A stretch of 43,229 nucleotides of DNA from Candidatus Woesearchaeota archaeon (GCA_016181245.1 JACOZR010000018.1:1-43229); one strand, 5' to 3'. Shown: positions 27,269-37,674, counted from the first letter of the stretch. The notes: a model not told the origin generated them from the sequence alone. Translations and numbers: made by a program.

Positions 27269-27841
27269 ATGGTTTCACAAATACAAGATGTTTTTGCACA
27301 ATTGCAGAATATTGGGCTTTATGATTTTATATTACCTTTTTTATTGGTTTTTACTATTGTTTTTGCTATTCTGGAGAAAACTTATATTTTTGGAAAAACT
27401 AGCGGTCCAAATGGAGAATCTAAAAGGAATATAAATGCTGTTGTTGCCCTTGTTTTAGGACTGATAATTGTTAATCAATTTGAAATCATTCAAAGCTTGA
27501 ATAACTTTTTACCTAAGATATCTTTTTTCATAATTGTATCTTTAATGATACTAATTTTATTTGGGTTGTTTGGTGCTAATGTAGAGAGAGGATTGAGTGG
27601 ATTTTTATTGACTGGTGCTGCAATTATATCTCTTGTTGCTACTTATTGGGCTTTGGGGCCTAGCTTGGACTTTAGAGTTCCTTATTGGGTGCAAGACAAT
27701 GCCTCAACCATTCTTGTTTTGTTAATAATTTTAATAATAATATTTGCTGTTGTAAGTGGTGGAGGCAATAGGCAACAAAATACATTTGATACTTGGCATA
27801 ATAACTTGGAAAAACTTTGGGGTAGAGGTCCTTCTCACTAA
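27269..27841 (+). CDS. Multi-pass membrane protein, paralogue 2 of 3
   Basis: DFILPFLLVFTIVFAILEKT. Confidence 0.85.
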   Translation: MVSQIQDVFAQLQNIGLYDFILPFLLVFTIVFAILEKTYIFGKTSGPNGESKRNINAVVALVLGLIIVNQFEIIQSLNNFLPKISFFIIVSLMILILFGLFGANVERGLSGFLLTGAAIISLVATYWALGPSLDFRVPYWVQDNASTILVLLIILIIIFAVVSGGGNRQQNTFDTWHNNLEKLWGRGPSH

Positions 27842-28405
27842 ATGGCAACTGTTTTAGATATTAGCTTATTGAAACTTATTGCACCTATTTTTTCATTTAT
27901 TTTTGTTTTTACTCTTGTCTATGCAGTTATGGACAAGTTTAAACTAGTTGGGGATAATAAGGGAATTCATGCAGCAATTGCCTTCTCAATAGCAATGGTA
28001 TTCATGTTTGCAGGAGATGCTATCAAATTTGTTAATTTCATAACCCCCTGGTTTATCATTATGCTTATTGTAGGAATGTTTATAATTACATTTTTTGTGT
28101 TCTTTGGCGTTTCTACAAAAACAATAGGAGAGCAGGTTATGACTGATCCAAGGGTTGTTTGGACAATCATCATAATTAGCATTATTATATTATTTGTTTC
28201 TATAGGCCAGGTATTTGGTTCTGATTTGCCTGGGCAGTTTGATGAAAATGGTCAAAGAATTTCAGTAGAGAATGATAGTGGAACTGCAACATCTGAAGGG
28301 TTACAGGCAATTGTACATCCTAGGGTCTTGGGCGCATTATTCTTATTAGTTATTGCTGCCTTTGCTATAAGGCTTATATCTGAAAATGTAGTGCCCATAA
28401 AATAA
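27842..28405 (+). CDS. Multi-pass membrane protein, paralogue 3 of 3
   Basis: PIFSFIFVFTLVYAVMDK, divergent version of the same motif. Confidence 0.85.
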   Translation: MATVLDISLLKLIAPIFSFIFVFTLVYAVMDKFKLVGDNKGIHAAIAFSIAMVFMFAGDAIKFVNFITPWFIIMLIVGMFIITFFVFFGVSTKTIGEQVMTDPRVVWTIIIISIIILFVSIGQVFGSDLPGQFDENGQRISVENDSGTATSEGLQAIVHPRVLGALFLLVIAAFAIRLISENVVPIK

Positions 28406-28406
28406 A

Positions 28407-28991
28407 CTATTTTTTTAATTTATTAGTTATTCTTTCTAATTCTTTTATGTTTGTGACTAAAGGATCCAGTATTTTTTCAAATACTTTTTCCAAGGCTTTC
28501 ATTTCAGTGCTAATATTCAGTATATTTTCATTATATTCAGAAACTTTTCCTAGAACTGCTTTTTGTAAATTATTGAAACGATCTTGTGTTCTAATTAGTT
28601 CTTGTTTTATAGAAACCATTTCTCTATCTGTACGCTCTTTCCAGAGCTCAAAATTCCCGGCCCTAGCCATGAATTCTTGCCATCTCTCTTCTATAATTGA
28701 TTCTGCTATTTCTTGGATTTCTTCTGATGAAGAAGATTGTTGGTAATACTGAGGATTATAATTTCTTTCTACTACTGGGAATTGTGGACTTTCTTCCCAG
28801 GGAGAAGGAGCTTCTTCTATTAATTCTTGCTCAGCACTTTGTGGTTTTTCTTTTGTTTGCTGAGGTGCATTTGTTGTAAACTGATCTAGTGTATCCAGTA
28901 TATTCTGCTGTTTTTTTGGACTCTCATCAACTGGTTCTTGATTATCCATCTGACTGTAAGGATCTTTTTTTTGTTCTGGTATTTTTATCAC
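28407..28991 (-). CDS. Hypothetical protein with disordered N-terminus and coiled-coil C-terminus
   Basis: P/Q/E-rich N-terminus; EIAESIIEERW...MKALEKVFEKIL. Confidence 0.8.
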   Translation of the reverse strand: MIKIPEQKKDPYSQMDNQEPVDESPKKQQNILDTLDQFTTNAPQQTKEKPQSAEQELIEEAPSPWEESPQFPVVERNYNPQYYQQSSSSEEIQEIAESIIEERWQEFMARAGNFELWKERTDREMVSIKQELIRTQDRFNNLQKAVLGKVSEYNENILNISTEMKALEKVFEKILDPLVTNIKELERITNKLKK

Positions 28992-29322
28992 CCCTATTTT
29001 CTAAAGCTTTTTGTAATTGAGAATCTGTTACGAATTTTAGAGGATTCCAAAATTCTACATATTTCTCCAAAACCTTTAACTGCTCTTTTTTTGCGAAGAA
29101 TCTTAGTTCTTCGGCTATTTTTGCCATTGAATTTTTTATTTCAAACATCTCGGATTTTAAATCTCTTACATCCTGATTTACTTCTTTTATCTCTTGGTGA
29201 AGCTTTTTGTATTCTGCAATCATATTCTGATTTACTATTAAAACTCTATCTCTAAGGTTATCGTATCTTGCTTCCAAAAGCCTCACTCTTTCAGATGGAT
29301 CAATTTGAAATTGCTCTTGCAT
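28942..29322 (-). CDS. Coiled-coil hypothetical protein
   Basis: RVRLLE...LEKYVEFWNPLKFVT. Start taken as ATG 29322, divergent from the ATPase. Confidence 0.75.
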   Translation of the reverse strand: MQEQFQIDPSERVRLLEARYDNLRDRVLIVNQNMIAEYKKLHQEIKEVNQDVRDLKSEMFEIKNSMAKIAEELRFFAKKEQLKVLEKYVEFWNPLKFVTDSQLQKALENRGDKNTRTKKRSLQSDG

Positions 29323-29401
29323 TGTTATTAATACATTACCCTGGCTTAAAAACATTTTGCTTTTCATAACTTTTTTATATAGCCTTAATTTGGATATATG
29401 T

Positions 29402-31690
29402 ATGCTTTTTGATAAGAAAATTAAACCTGGAGATTATATCATTGAAAAAGAAGGTGCAAATACTATTCTTAAAATAAATTTTGATGGTTATCCTTCTGTG
29501 CCTAGTGTGGAAGATAGCGACTCTACTATGGCAAAAGTTGTAGACATTCTTGTGGAGTCTCCAGGTGTTAATACAATAATGTTTGCTCAAAGAAGAAATT
29601 ATGTTTACAGCTATGAACAGACTAACATCTTAAATGAAATTGCAGGGCTTTATAATTATTTAACAAAGCAAAAAAAAATCTTGTCTTTGAGCTTCTTTGA
29701 GCAAACAGAGGCTTTTCAGTTTTATTCTTCTGAATGGAGAGAAACTTTGAACTCTATTGTTTATAGCTTATTAAAGAGCGATCCTGCTGGAGCATATGTT
29801 GAACTTAAAAGAATTGCAAGGGATGAGCGTATAAAGATAAAAAAAACAGAATCTTTAGAAGAGGTACATGCGAGATCTGCCTACATTGAAACCCTTAATT
29901 ATCTTATCAAGTTGTTGGATGGAACTACATTGATTTCTAGCATTAAAAATTCTCTTGCCGGGCATGTAGTTGGAAGTAGAGGCATTTATCGAACTATTTT
30001 CAAACCGGAAGTAGGACCTGATTTTGTTTTTACTAGATTAATGGCTGATATTCCTTTGCACGCAGAGGAAATTGATGCTTATAGTTTAGATGCCGGGACA
30101 GATGTAACTATTTATAGAATTCCGAATGACATTAAGTATTATTACCATCTAAGTCCTCCTGAGTTTAAGATTTCTGAGGAAAAATATGTTTTGTTAGATT
30201 TAGCAAGAAATTCTATGCTTGAATATAAACCTAAAAAGGAAGAATTTACTGATCCAGAAAAAATGAGAAGAACCTTTTTTAACATTGGTAGAGATATGCT
30301 GGGGGAATTAGCCGAAAATAGAGGTTATGACTTAAGTTATGCTGAAATTGAGGAACTTGCACATATTCTCGTGAGGTATACTGTTGGATTTGGATTTGTT
30401 GAACTTTTGCTTAAAGACAAAAATATTCAAGATATTAATGTAAATGGTCCAATAGGAGAAACACCGCTTTTTATTGTTCATGCAAACTATGATGAGTGTA
30501 CTACTAACATTATTCCTGCAAGAGAAGACGGGGAAAGTTGGGCTACAAAGTTTAGAATAATTAGTGGAAGACCTTTGGATGAGGCTAATCCTGTTTTAGA
30601 TACTGAACTTGTTTTGCCTTATGCTAGAGTAAGAGTTGCTGCAATGGGCAGGCCATTAAACCCTACTGGATTGGCTTTTGCTTTTAGAAGGCATAGAGAT
30701 AACCCTTGGACATATCCTTTGTTTATTTCAAATAGAATGATGGGGCCTTATGCAGCAGGGCTTTTAAATTTCTTAGTTGATGGCGGGAGATCGATGTTAT
30801 TTGCAGGTACAAGAGGATCCGGAAAGACTTCTTTATTGGGAAGTACATTAGTGGAGTTGATGAGGAAACATAGGATAATTACTGTTGAAGATACGCAAGA
30901 GATTCCTGTTGATTATTTGAGAAAAATTGGATATAATATCCAATCGATGAAAGTTAGGAGTGCTTTGACTAAAGGTGGAAGTGAGGTCGGAGCTGACGAA
31001 GGAATAAGAACTAGTTTAAGATTTGGTGATAGTAGTTTGATTGTGGGTGAAATAAGATCTATTGAGTCAAAAGCTTTGTATGAAGCAATGAGAGTCGGAG
31101 CTTTAGCTAATTTGGTAGCGGGGACGATTCATGGAGCTAGCCCATATGCTGTATATGACAGAGTTGTAAATGATTTAGAAGTACCAAAAACAAGTTTTAA
31201 AGCAACAGATATAATTGTAATTAGCAATCCTGTCAAGACAAGCGGAGGATTGCATAAACAAAGAAGGGTTTTGCAAATTACTGAAGTTAGAAAACATTGG
31301 ACTGATGATCCCGTAAAAGAAAATGGATTTGTCGACTTGATGAAATATGATGTTAAAGATGATCTTCTAAAACCAACAGAAGCTTTGCTTCATGGAGACA
31401 GTGATGTTTTAAAATCAATCGCTTCTCAAGTCAAAGAATTTGTTGGGAACTGGGATGCTGTTTTGGAAAATATACAATTGAGAGCTAACATCAAAAGAAC
31501 TCTAGTTGAAACAGCTAATAAAATGGGAAACTATCAACTATTAGAAGCTGATTTTGTTGTTAAAAGTAATGATGCTTTTCATCAACTCATGGATGATGTG
31601 AGAGAAGAAAATGGAAGTTTAGATAGTAAACGCATCTTCTTTGAATGGAATGAATGGTTAAAAAAAGAGGTTAAGAATTTTAAGACATGA
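29402..31690 (+). CDS. Type IV pilus / type II secretion assembly ATPase (VirB11/TadA family)
   Basis: Walker A GTRGSGKT, TVEDTQE, LIVGEIR, GTIHG. Start moved to ATG 29402. Confidence 0.95.
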   Translation: MLFDKKIKPGDYIIEKEGANTILKINFDGYPSVPSVEDSDSTMAKVVDILVESPGVNTIMFAQRRNYVYSYEQTNILNEIAGLYNYLTKQKKILSLSFFEQTEAFQFYSSEWRETLNSIVYSLLKSDPAGAYVELKRIARDERIKIKKTESLEEVHARSAYIETLNYLIKLLDGTTLISSIKNSLAGHVVGSRGIYRTIFKPEVGPDFVFTRLMADIPLHAEEIDAYSLDAGTDVTIYRIPNDIKYYYHLSPPEFKISEEKYVLLDLARNSMLEYKPKKEEFTDPEKMRRTFFNIGRDMLGELAENRGYDLSYAEIEELAHILVRYTVGFGFVELLLKDKNIQDINVNGPIGETPLFIVHANYDECTTNIIPAREDGESWATKFRIISGRPLDEANPVLDTELVLPYARVRVAAMGRPLNPTGLAFAFRRHRDNPWTYPLFISNRMMGPYAAGLLNFLVDGGRSMLFAGTRGSGKTSLLGSTLVELMRKHRIITVEDTQEIPVDYLRKIGYNIQSMKVRSALTKGGSEVGADEGIRTSLRFGDSSLIVGEIRSIESKALYEAMRVGALANLVAGTIHGASPYAVYDRVVNDLEVPKTSFKATDIIVISNPVKTSGGLHKQRRVLQITEVRKHWTDDPVKENGFVDLMKYDVKDDLLKPTEALLHGDSDVLKSIASQVKEFVGNWDAVLENIQLRANIKRTLVETANKMGNYQLLEADFVVKSNDAFHQLMDDVREENGSLDSKRIFFEWNEWLKKEVKNFKT

Positions 31691-33879
31691 ATGAAGAGGA
31701 GATTATAGCCAAGTATCAGAAGAAATTAAAGAGTAATATCTCTATGGAAGATGTAGAAGGATATAGTCCTACTACTTTTTCGAGAGAATATCAGCGTTTC
31801 AGAAAAGACTCACTCAGTACTGGAAGGAATTTATACGAAAATGCGTGCAATAATCTTGAGGATGTTTTAAGAATTAAAGTAAAAGATAAAGATTATGATA
31901 AGCTCAAAGAGAGTATTGATATAATCCATTTAGATATCACTCCTGAAGGAGCAGCAAGTTTCGCAAGCTTCGTTTCTCTATTTGTTATCTTTATTGGCTT
32001 GTTTTTAAGTGGTTTTATTTGGGTTATTACAGGAGAATTTAGCTTTACTATTTTGATATTATTCTTGTTTTTCTTTTTTGTTGGAGCTTTGTTATTGAAA
32101 CCTTTGACCTCTATTCCTAACTATATTGCTAATAAATGGAGATTAAGAGCAGGTAATCAAATGGTTCTCTGCATTCTTTACGTTGTTATGTATATGAGGC
32201 ATACTTCAAACTTAGAACATGCTTTAAAATTTGCAGCAGATCATGTTGGTAATCCCTTATCTTTAGATTTAAGAAAAATATTTTGGGATGTTGAAACTGG
32301 AAAGTATTCGACTATTAAAGAAAGTCTTGATTCTTATCTTGTTAAATGGAGAGATTACAATCTTGAATTTGTCGAGGCTTTTCATTTAATTGAAGGAAGC
32401 TTATTAGAAGAGAGTGAAGATAGAAGAATAAGTTTATTGGAAAAATCTTTGGAAGTTATACTTGATGGAATGTATGAAAGAATGCTGCATTACGCACATG
32501 AATTGCAGAATCCCATAACAATATTAAATATGCTTGGTGTTGTTTTGCCTGTTTTAGGTTTAGTTATATTACCTTTGATAGGTAGCTTGGTTCAAGGAAG
32601 CGGAGCCATGAAAGCGTTTGTTTTGTTTTTACTTTATAACTTATTTTTACCGACTTTTTTGTATCTATTCGGAACAAGTGTATTAGCAAAGAGACCTACT
32701 GGGTATAGTGAAGCGGACATTATTAAGAAGAATCCCAAACTTAGAAAATATTCTTATATAATCCTTCCAATAGGAAACAGAGAAATTTTATTTCATCCTT
32801 TTTGGGTAGGCTTTTTTGTTTTTTTAGTTGTTGGCTTTATTGGGTTAATACCTTTGCTTATGATGTTAAGCGGAATTGATTTTTCTTTTTTAGGAATGAA
32901 TGTTGTGAACATGACTTCTGTTGACGGTAAAAATTGCAGCTTTGGTGAAAATTGTTTTGGCCCTTTTGGTCCTGGTTCTGTCTTGTTTGGTTTGTTCTTT
33001 CCTTTGGGGCTAGCTTTAGGCATTGGAACTTATTATAGGCTAAGAAGCAAAAATCTCATTGCATTAAGAAATAATATCAAGAATTTAGAAAAAGAATTTT
33101 CTGGTGGCTTGTTTCAACTAGGAAACAGAGTTGGAGATGGAGTGCCTGTTGAAGTAGCTTTTAATGATGTTGCCCAGAATATGGAGGGAACTCCTACAGG
33201 AGATTTTTTTAGAACTGTCAGCTACAACCTTCAGAGATTAGGTATGAGTGTCAAAAGTGCTTTATTTGGAAGCAATGGAGCTATTAGGATGTTTCCTAGT
33301 AGCCTAATTGAAACAAGCATGAAAGTTTTATTGGAAAGCAGTAAAAAGGGAACTGCAATTGTTGCTAAATCTTTGATTAGTATATCTACTTATGTTAACA
33401 GAATTCATCAAGTAAATGAAAGATTAAATGATTTATTGAGTGATACATTGTCTAGTATGAAAAGTCAAATTAGTTTTTTAAGCCCAATTATTTCTGGAAT
33501 TGTTGTTGGAATAAGTACTATGATTGTTACTATTATTGTGAAACTTGTTGTCGAACTTAATGTGCAATCTGGTGGAGCAGATTCTGTTGTTCCTGGAAAT
33601 TTGGCTGCTATTGCTGGTATATTCAGCATATCAAATATAATTCCTAGTTACTACATGCAGCTTATTATTGGGTTATATCTAGTTGAAATTGTAATAATAT
33701 TGACTTTATTATCTACTCGAATTGAGCATGGTCTTGATTCTTTACAAGAACAATATAACTTAAGCAGCAACTTGTTTTCATCTTCTATATTGTACTTCAT
33801 TTTGGCAGTTATTGTTACAGTGATATTTACTTTCTTAGTATCTTCAATTGTACCTACGTCTTCTGCATCGTTTAATTAA
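31687..33879 (+). CDS. Type IV pilus membrane platform protein (TadC/T2SS-F-like, two repeats)
   Basis: Overlaps the ATPase stop (ATGA); two soluble domains (SNLEHAL; GVPVEVAF), each followed by TM helices. Confidence 0.88.
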   Translation: MNEEEIIAKYQKKLKSNISMEDVEGYSPTTFSREYQRFRKDSLSTGRNLYENACNNLEDVLRIKVKDKDYDKLKESIDIIHLDITPEGAASFASFVSLFVIFIGLFLSGFIWVITGEFSFTILILFLFFFFVGALLLKPLTSIPNYIANKWRLRAGNQMVLCILYVVMYMRHTSNLEHALKFAADHVGNPLSLDLRKIFWDVETGKYSTIKESLDSYLVKWRDYNLEFVEAFHLIEGSLLEESEDRRISLLEKSLEVILDGMYERMLHYAHELQNPITILNMLGVVLPVLGLVILPLIGSLVQGSGAMKAFVLFLLYNLFLPTFLYLFGTSVLAKRPTGYSEADIIKKNPKLRKYSYIILPIGNREILFHPFWVGFFVFLVVGFIGLIPLLMMLSGIDFSFLGMNVVNMTSVDGKNCSFGENCFGPFGPGSVLFGLFFPLGLALGIGTYYRLRSKNLIALRNNIKNLEKEFSGGLFQLGNRVGDGVPVEVAFNDVAQNMEGTPTGDFFRTVSYNLQRLGMSVKSALFGSNGAIRMFPSSLIETSMKVLLESSKKGTAIVAKSLISISTYVNRIHQVNERLNDLLSDTLSSMKSQISFLSPIISGIVVGISTMIVTIIVKLVVELNVQSGGADSVVPGNLAAIAGIFSISNIIPSYYMQLIIGLYLVEIVIILTLLSTRIEHGLDSLQEQYNLSSNLFSSSILYFILAVIVTVIFTFLVSSIVPTSSASFN

Positions 33880-34468
33880 CTTTTTTTATTCTAAATATAA
33901 TATTTTTTCCTAAGAAGTTTGAACTCATAATTTTAAAATTATTTTTTTTAATTATTTTTTTTAATTCAAAATAGCCTATGAAATTGTAATACCTTTGCAA
34001 AATTTCATCTTTCTTTTTCCAAGGAATATATGTTTCCTGTTTCTTTAATATAAACTTTAACTGTAATTTATTCCATACTGTTATAAATGCTTCTCCATTT
34101 GGTTTTAAAACTCTGTTTATTTCTTTTATTGCTTTTTCTGGATTTTTTAAATGGTGTAATGTTGCTATTGCTAAAATGTAGTTAAATGTGTTGTTTTTGA
34201 ATTTTGTATTTGTTATTTCTGCATGTTTTAAAATTACTTTGAAATTATGTTTTTTTGAGAATTTTTTTGCTTCTTTTAGCATTTCTTTTGAGAAATCAAG
34301 ACCGTAACATTTTAAATTTTTGAAAGGCAATAGATTTCTGCAATTTCCACAACCCAAATCCAAGATTTTTCCTCTTTTCCAATTTAAATCTTTTAACTCT
34401 CCTATTGGCTTATTTCTAAAATTATTCCATGATTGCGCAATTTTATCCCATACTTTTTGCTGGTTCAT
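33872..34468 (-). CDS. Class I SAM-dependent methyltransferase
   Basis: ILDLGCGNCR, GLDFS, TLHHL, RVLKPNG. Confidence 0.92.
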   Translation of the reverse strand: MNQQKVWDKIAQSWNNFRNKPIGELKDLNWKRGKILDLGCGNCRNLLPFKNLKCYGLDFSKEMLKEAKKFSKKHNFKVILKHAEITNTKFKNNTFNYILAIATLHHLKNPEKAIKEINRVLKPNGEAFITVWNKLQLKFILKKQETYIPWKKKDEILQRYYNFIGYFELKKIIKKNNFKIMSSNFLGKNIIFRIKKVN

Positions 34469-34510
34469 TTTTTTACAAATATTTTTAAACTTTATATACC
34501 TTTTATTTTT

Positions 34511-34771
34511 ATGAGAATAGAAAAGAGGATTTGGCCTGAGGCTTTTCAGAAAATTTTAGATGGAATAAAGAATGTTGAACTTAGATTGGCGGATTTTGAG
34601 TGCAATCCTGGAGATATTTTGGTGTTAAGGGAGTATGATCCTAAAACTAAAGAGTATACTGGAAGAGTCATTGAAAAGGAAGTAAAATATGTAATGAGAA
34701 CGAAAGAACAACCTTATTGGTCAAAAGAAGAAGTTGAAAAATATGGATTCCAAATTATGTCATTTAAGTAA
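34511..34771 (+). CDS. DUF3850/ASCH-fold protein
   Basis: IWPEAFQKILDGIKNVELR..DF..GDILVLREY....YTGR. Start ATG 34511. Confidence 0.85.
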   Translation: MRIEKRIWPEAFQKILDGIKNVELRLADFECNPGDILVLREYDPKTKEYTGRVIEKEVKYVMRTKEQPYWSKEEVEKYGFQIMSFK

Positions 34772-34799
34772 ACTATTTAAAACAAAAATTAAATAAATC

Positions 34800-35237
34800 A
34801 TGGAACATATTGCAATAATGAGAAAGTCTTGGGATTTGACTCAAAAAATTTTGACAGGACAAAAGAAAATTGAATCAAGATGGTATAAAGTAAAATATGC
34901 TCCCTGGAATAGAATTAAATCTGGTGATGTTGTTTATTTTAAAGATTCTGGTGAGCCTGTTACTATAAAAACGGAAGTTGATAAAGTTATTCAGTTTTCT
35001 GATTTAAATCCAGAAAAAGTTAGAGAGATTTTGTATCAATATGGCCAAGCTGATGGTCTAGGTATCGATACAATACCCGAATTTTTTGAAATGTTCAAAG
35101 ATAAGAAATATTGCATGTTAATTTTTTTGAAAAACCCACAAAAAATAATTCCATTTGAAATTGATAAATCTGGATTTGGCGCAATGTCCGCATGGATCTC
35201 TATTGATGATATAAACAGGATAAAGGTGAACTCCTAA
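34800..35237 (+). CDS. ASCH domain protein
   Basis: HIAIM...ILTGQKKIESR...PWNRIKSGDVVYFK. Confidence 0.85.
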   Translation: MEHIAIMRKSWDLTQKILTGQKKIESRWYKVKYAPWNRIKSGDVVYFKDSGEPVTIKTEVDKVIQFSDLNPEKVREILYQYGQADGLGIDTIPEFFEMFKDKKYCMLIFLKNPQKIIPFEIDKSGFGAMSAWISIDDINRIKVNS

Positions 35238-35326
35238 ATTTCAAAACTCTTTCCCACTTCTTTTGATTTTACTTAGTACAGCATATCTTAGGCAAACTAT
35301 TTAAAATAAAGATTATTAGAAAAAAT

Positions 35327-35434
35327 ATGAAAAAAGGGGCAATGTCATTAATTCTAGTTATGATTCTTTTACTCGTACTTGTTATATTACTATTGTTAAT
35401 CTTTATGGGTGGTTTGAAAAATGTTTTTCAATAA
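35327..35434 (+). CDS. Mini pilin-like peptide (35 aa)
   Basis: Hand-translated MKKGAMSLILVMILLLVLVILLLLIFMGGLKNVFQ*. Class III signal; TATA at 35298-35306. Confidence 0.75.
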   Translation: MKKGAMSLILVMILLLVLVILLLLIFMGGLKNVFQ

Positions 35435-36311
35435 AAAAGGAGAAACTTATAATACTGTTTTAGGTTTGGTAGCTCTTGCTCTTGTTGCTGTTCTGTTCTT
35501 AGGGATATTTACTCCTCTTTTTGGAGATTTAGCTAATAAGACAGATGATAGTACTTGTGAATCTTGGGTTCGCTTACAAGCTAAGGCTAAATTTGGAGGG
35601 ATAAGGTCTATTTCCAGCAACAATCCCTGTGTTACTAATATTGATACATTAAAAAATAAAGAGAGTTCTGAAGTTTATGCTGACTTTGCGAAAAAAGCTT
35701 ATCATTGCTCTTCTAAATATGGGGGTGGTAATGCGGATTTTCTAAGTGACTGGGTTGCTGTAAATCCTTTTTATGAAGGAACTTATTGTTTTGTCTGTTC
35801 TGAGACCACTATAGGTGAAGATGTTAAACTTAAAGAATTTGACTTAAATACATTTGAACTTTATCTTTCTCAAAATAATGTTCCAGGACAAATTATTGGC
35901 GAAAAAAAGACTTATACAGATTATCTTACAGAAGCAAAGAACTCTAAAATTGATTTTGGAGATGGTAAAATACCCTTAAAACAAGGTTCTAAGATTTACA
36001 CCATCTTTACTGTGCTAAAGACTAATGTCGCACCTTCTCTTACTGAACAAGTTGTTGATGGATTTTCTAGTGTATTTGAAAAAACTTTAACATCCACTAC
36101 TTTGGCAGCTGTTGCCACTAGATCTATTCAAGGTACTGTATCTGGGGCAATCTTTGGTTTTGTTTATTCAAGCACTGAAGCAAGTTTTGGTAAGAATTAT
36201 GCTTATCCTGGTTTAGTTATTGCAAACACAGATGATGTGACTAAATTGGGATGTTCACAAATTCATTTTAAACCCAATAAAGGAATAATTGAAGGTATAA
36301 AAAGTGCATAA
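35421..36311 (+). CDS. Class III signal peptide protein (minor pilin-like)
   Basis: NKKG|ETY plus hydrophobic helix; Cys-containing exodomain. Confidence 0.85.
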   Translation: MFFNKKGETYNTVLGLVALALVAVLFLGIFTPLFGDLANKTDDSTCESWVRLQAKAKFGGIRSISSNNPCVTNIDTLKNKESSEVYADFAKKAYHCSSKYGGGNADFLSDWVAVNPFYEGTYCFVCSETTIGEDVKLKEFDLNTFELYLSQNNVPGQIIGEKKTYTDYLTEAKNSKIDFGDGKIPLKQGSKIYTIFTVLKTNVAPSLTEQVVDGFSSVFEKTLTSTTLAAVATRSIQGTVSGAIFGFVYSSTEASFGKNYAYPGLVIANTDDVTKLGCSQIHFKPNKGIIEGIKSA

Positions 36312-36453
36312 AAATGGAAGTTTTGAATGGGGGGAAATTGCAAAGTTTATCTTGCTACTACTAGCGATTGTTATCGTTTTTTTGTTTATATCTCTATTTA
36401 AGGGAGGACTTGGCAAGGTTCTTGTTTCTATAAGGAACCTTTTAGGATTGTAA
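36304..36453 (+). CDS. Mini pilin-like peptide (49 aa)
   Basis: GTG start; MHKNGSFEWGEIAKFILLLLAIVIVFLFISLFKGGLGKVLVSIRNLLGL*. Fills the gap between its neighbours exactly. Confidence 0.75.
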   Translation: MHKNGSFEWGEIAKFILLLLAIVIVFLFISLFKGGLGKVLVSIRNLLGL

Positions 36454-36455
36454 AA

Positions 36456-37031
36456 ATGAATAAAAAAGGTGAAAATTTACTTCATTATGTTGTACCCATA
36501 ATCTTGATTCTTTTAGTTCTTGTCTTGATTATAACTTTCTCTTTTTCTACTACTAATTTTGGAAAGTCTGTTCTTAAGATGCTCGGACTGAGCGATGATA
36601 ACTCTCTTGCTCAGAAAAATGAAGAAGCACAGAACAGTTTTAAAGAATTTACTAAAAATTTAAAACAATGTTCACAATACAAAGAGGATAATTGTTTTTG
36701 TAATGCTCCTTTAGCTGGGTTTTCCGATATCCATGCAGTTAAGGCATCACAAAAAGGCGTAAAAATAGAAACTGTGAAAGATAGTAGCGAAGTTACACTA
36801 GCTGAAGAAAGTATTCAGCATACATCTTGTTATGTCTCTAATGTAGGATTTTCTGTTAAAGACTCTTTGGTTATATACTTTGATGAAGAAAGTGCTTATA
36901 CTCTTGTTAATGGATTTATTGAAGATAATAAGGTAAGGCTTTTAGCAACTAACAATATTTATAAAAAACAGGGTAACTTATGCTTTATTACTAGTGATTT
37001 TGTTGAAAAGCCAAAGAAGTGTGAGAAATAG
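36456..37031 (+). CDS. Class III signal peptide protein
   Basis: MNKKG|EN plus hydrophobic helix. Confidence 0.85.
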   Translation: MNKKGENLLHYVVPIILILLVLVLIITFSFSTTNFGKSVLKMLGLSDDNSLAQKNEEAQNSFKEFTKNLKQCSQYKEDNCFCNAPLAGFSDIHAVKASQKGVKIETVKDSSEVTLAEESIQHTSCYVSNVGFSVKDSLVIYFDEESAYTLVNGFIEDNKVRLLATNNIYKKQGNLCFITSDFVEKPKKCEK

Positions 37032-37080
37032 AAAGGTTTAATAATAAATAATTGTTTATAAAAAATAAAAAAGAGGTAAA

Positions 37081-37473
37081 ATGTTATTTCCAAAAGACAA
37101 GAAAGGCGCAGAGTTATCAATGAATGTTATTGTTATTGTAATCATTCTTGTCATTGTTCTTGTTGTTATGGTATCATTTTTTTATGGTGGGTTTGGTCCA
37201 TTAACTGATAGAATAAGACAGGTTGGACCAGACACTAAGGATGTTGCTGTAGCGGATTGTAAATCTAAATGCCAACTTGCTCAGGGTGCAGAAGGAGATA
37301 ATGCAAAAGAAAAATCATCTTACTGCAGGAAGCTTGTAAATGTAGATAGTGATGCAGATGGAACAGCGGATCAGAAACATAGATGTTGGAGTAATGAAAT
37401 AGGGGAGCAATGCCCAGGAGTTACGTCTATTTGTGAGAGGAAATACCCTGATGCTTTTGATACTATTGAGTAA
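37081..37473 (+). CDS. Pilin-like protein (candidate major pilin)
   Basis: KKG|AELSMNVIVIVIILVIVLVV; own TATA-like element and GAGGT RBS; Cys-rich head. Confidence 0.88.
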   Translation: MLFPKDKKGAELSMNVIVIVIILVIVLVVMVSFFYGGFGPLTDRIRQVGPDTKDVAVADCKSKCQLAQGAEGDNAKEKSSYCRKLVNVDSDADGTADQKHRCWSNEIGEQCPGVTSICERKYPDAFDTIE

Positions 37474-37488
37474 TTTCTTTTTATTACT

Positions 37489-37674
37489 ATGAAAAAAGCA
37501 GAATTAAGTATGACTGTAATTGTTACTACAATTTTACTACTAATTGTTTTGGTCGTTCTAAGTATTGTTTTTCAGGAGCAGATTTTGAGTATGGTTGATA
37601 GTTTGAAGAGTCTTACAAGTGGCATTACTGATACCGCTAGCGATGTTAATGTAAAGGATTTGGTAAATAGGTGA
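37489..37674 (+). CDS. Short pilin-like protein
   Basis: MKKA|ELSMTVIVTTILLLIVLVV. Confidence 0.85.
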   Translation: MKKAELSMTVIVTTILLLIVLVVLSIVFQEQILSMVDSLKSLTSGITDTASDVNVKDLVNR

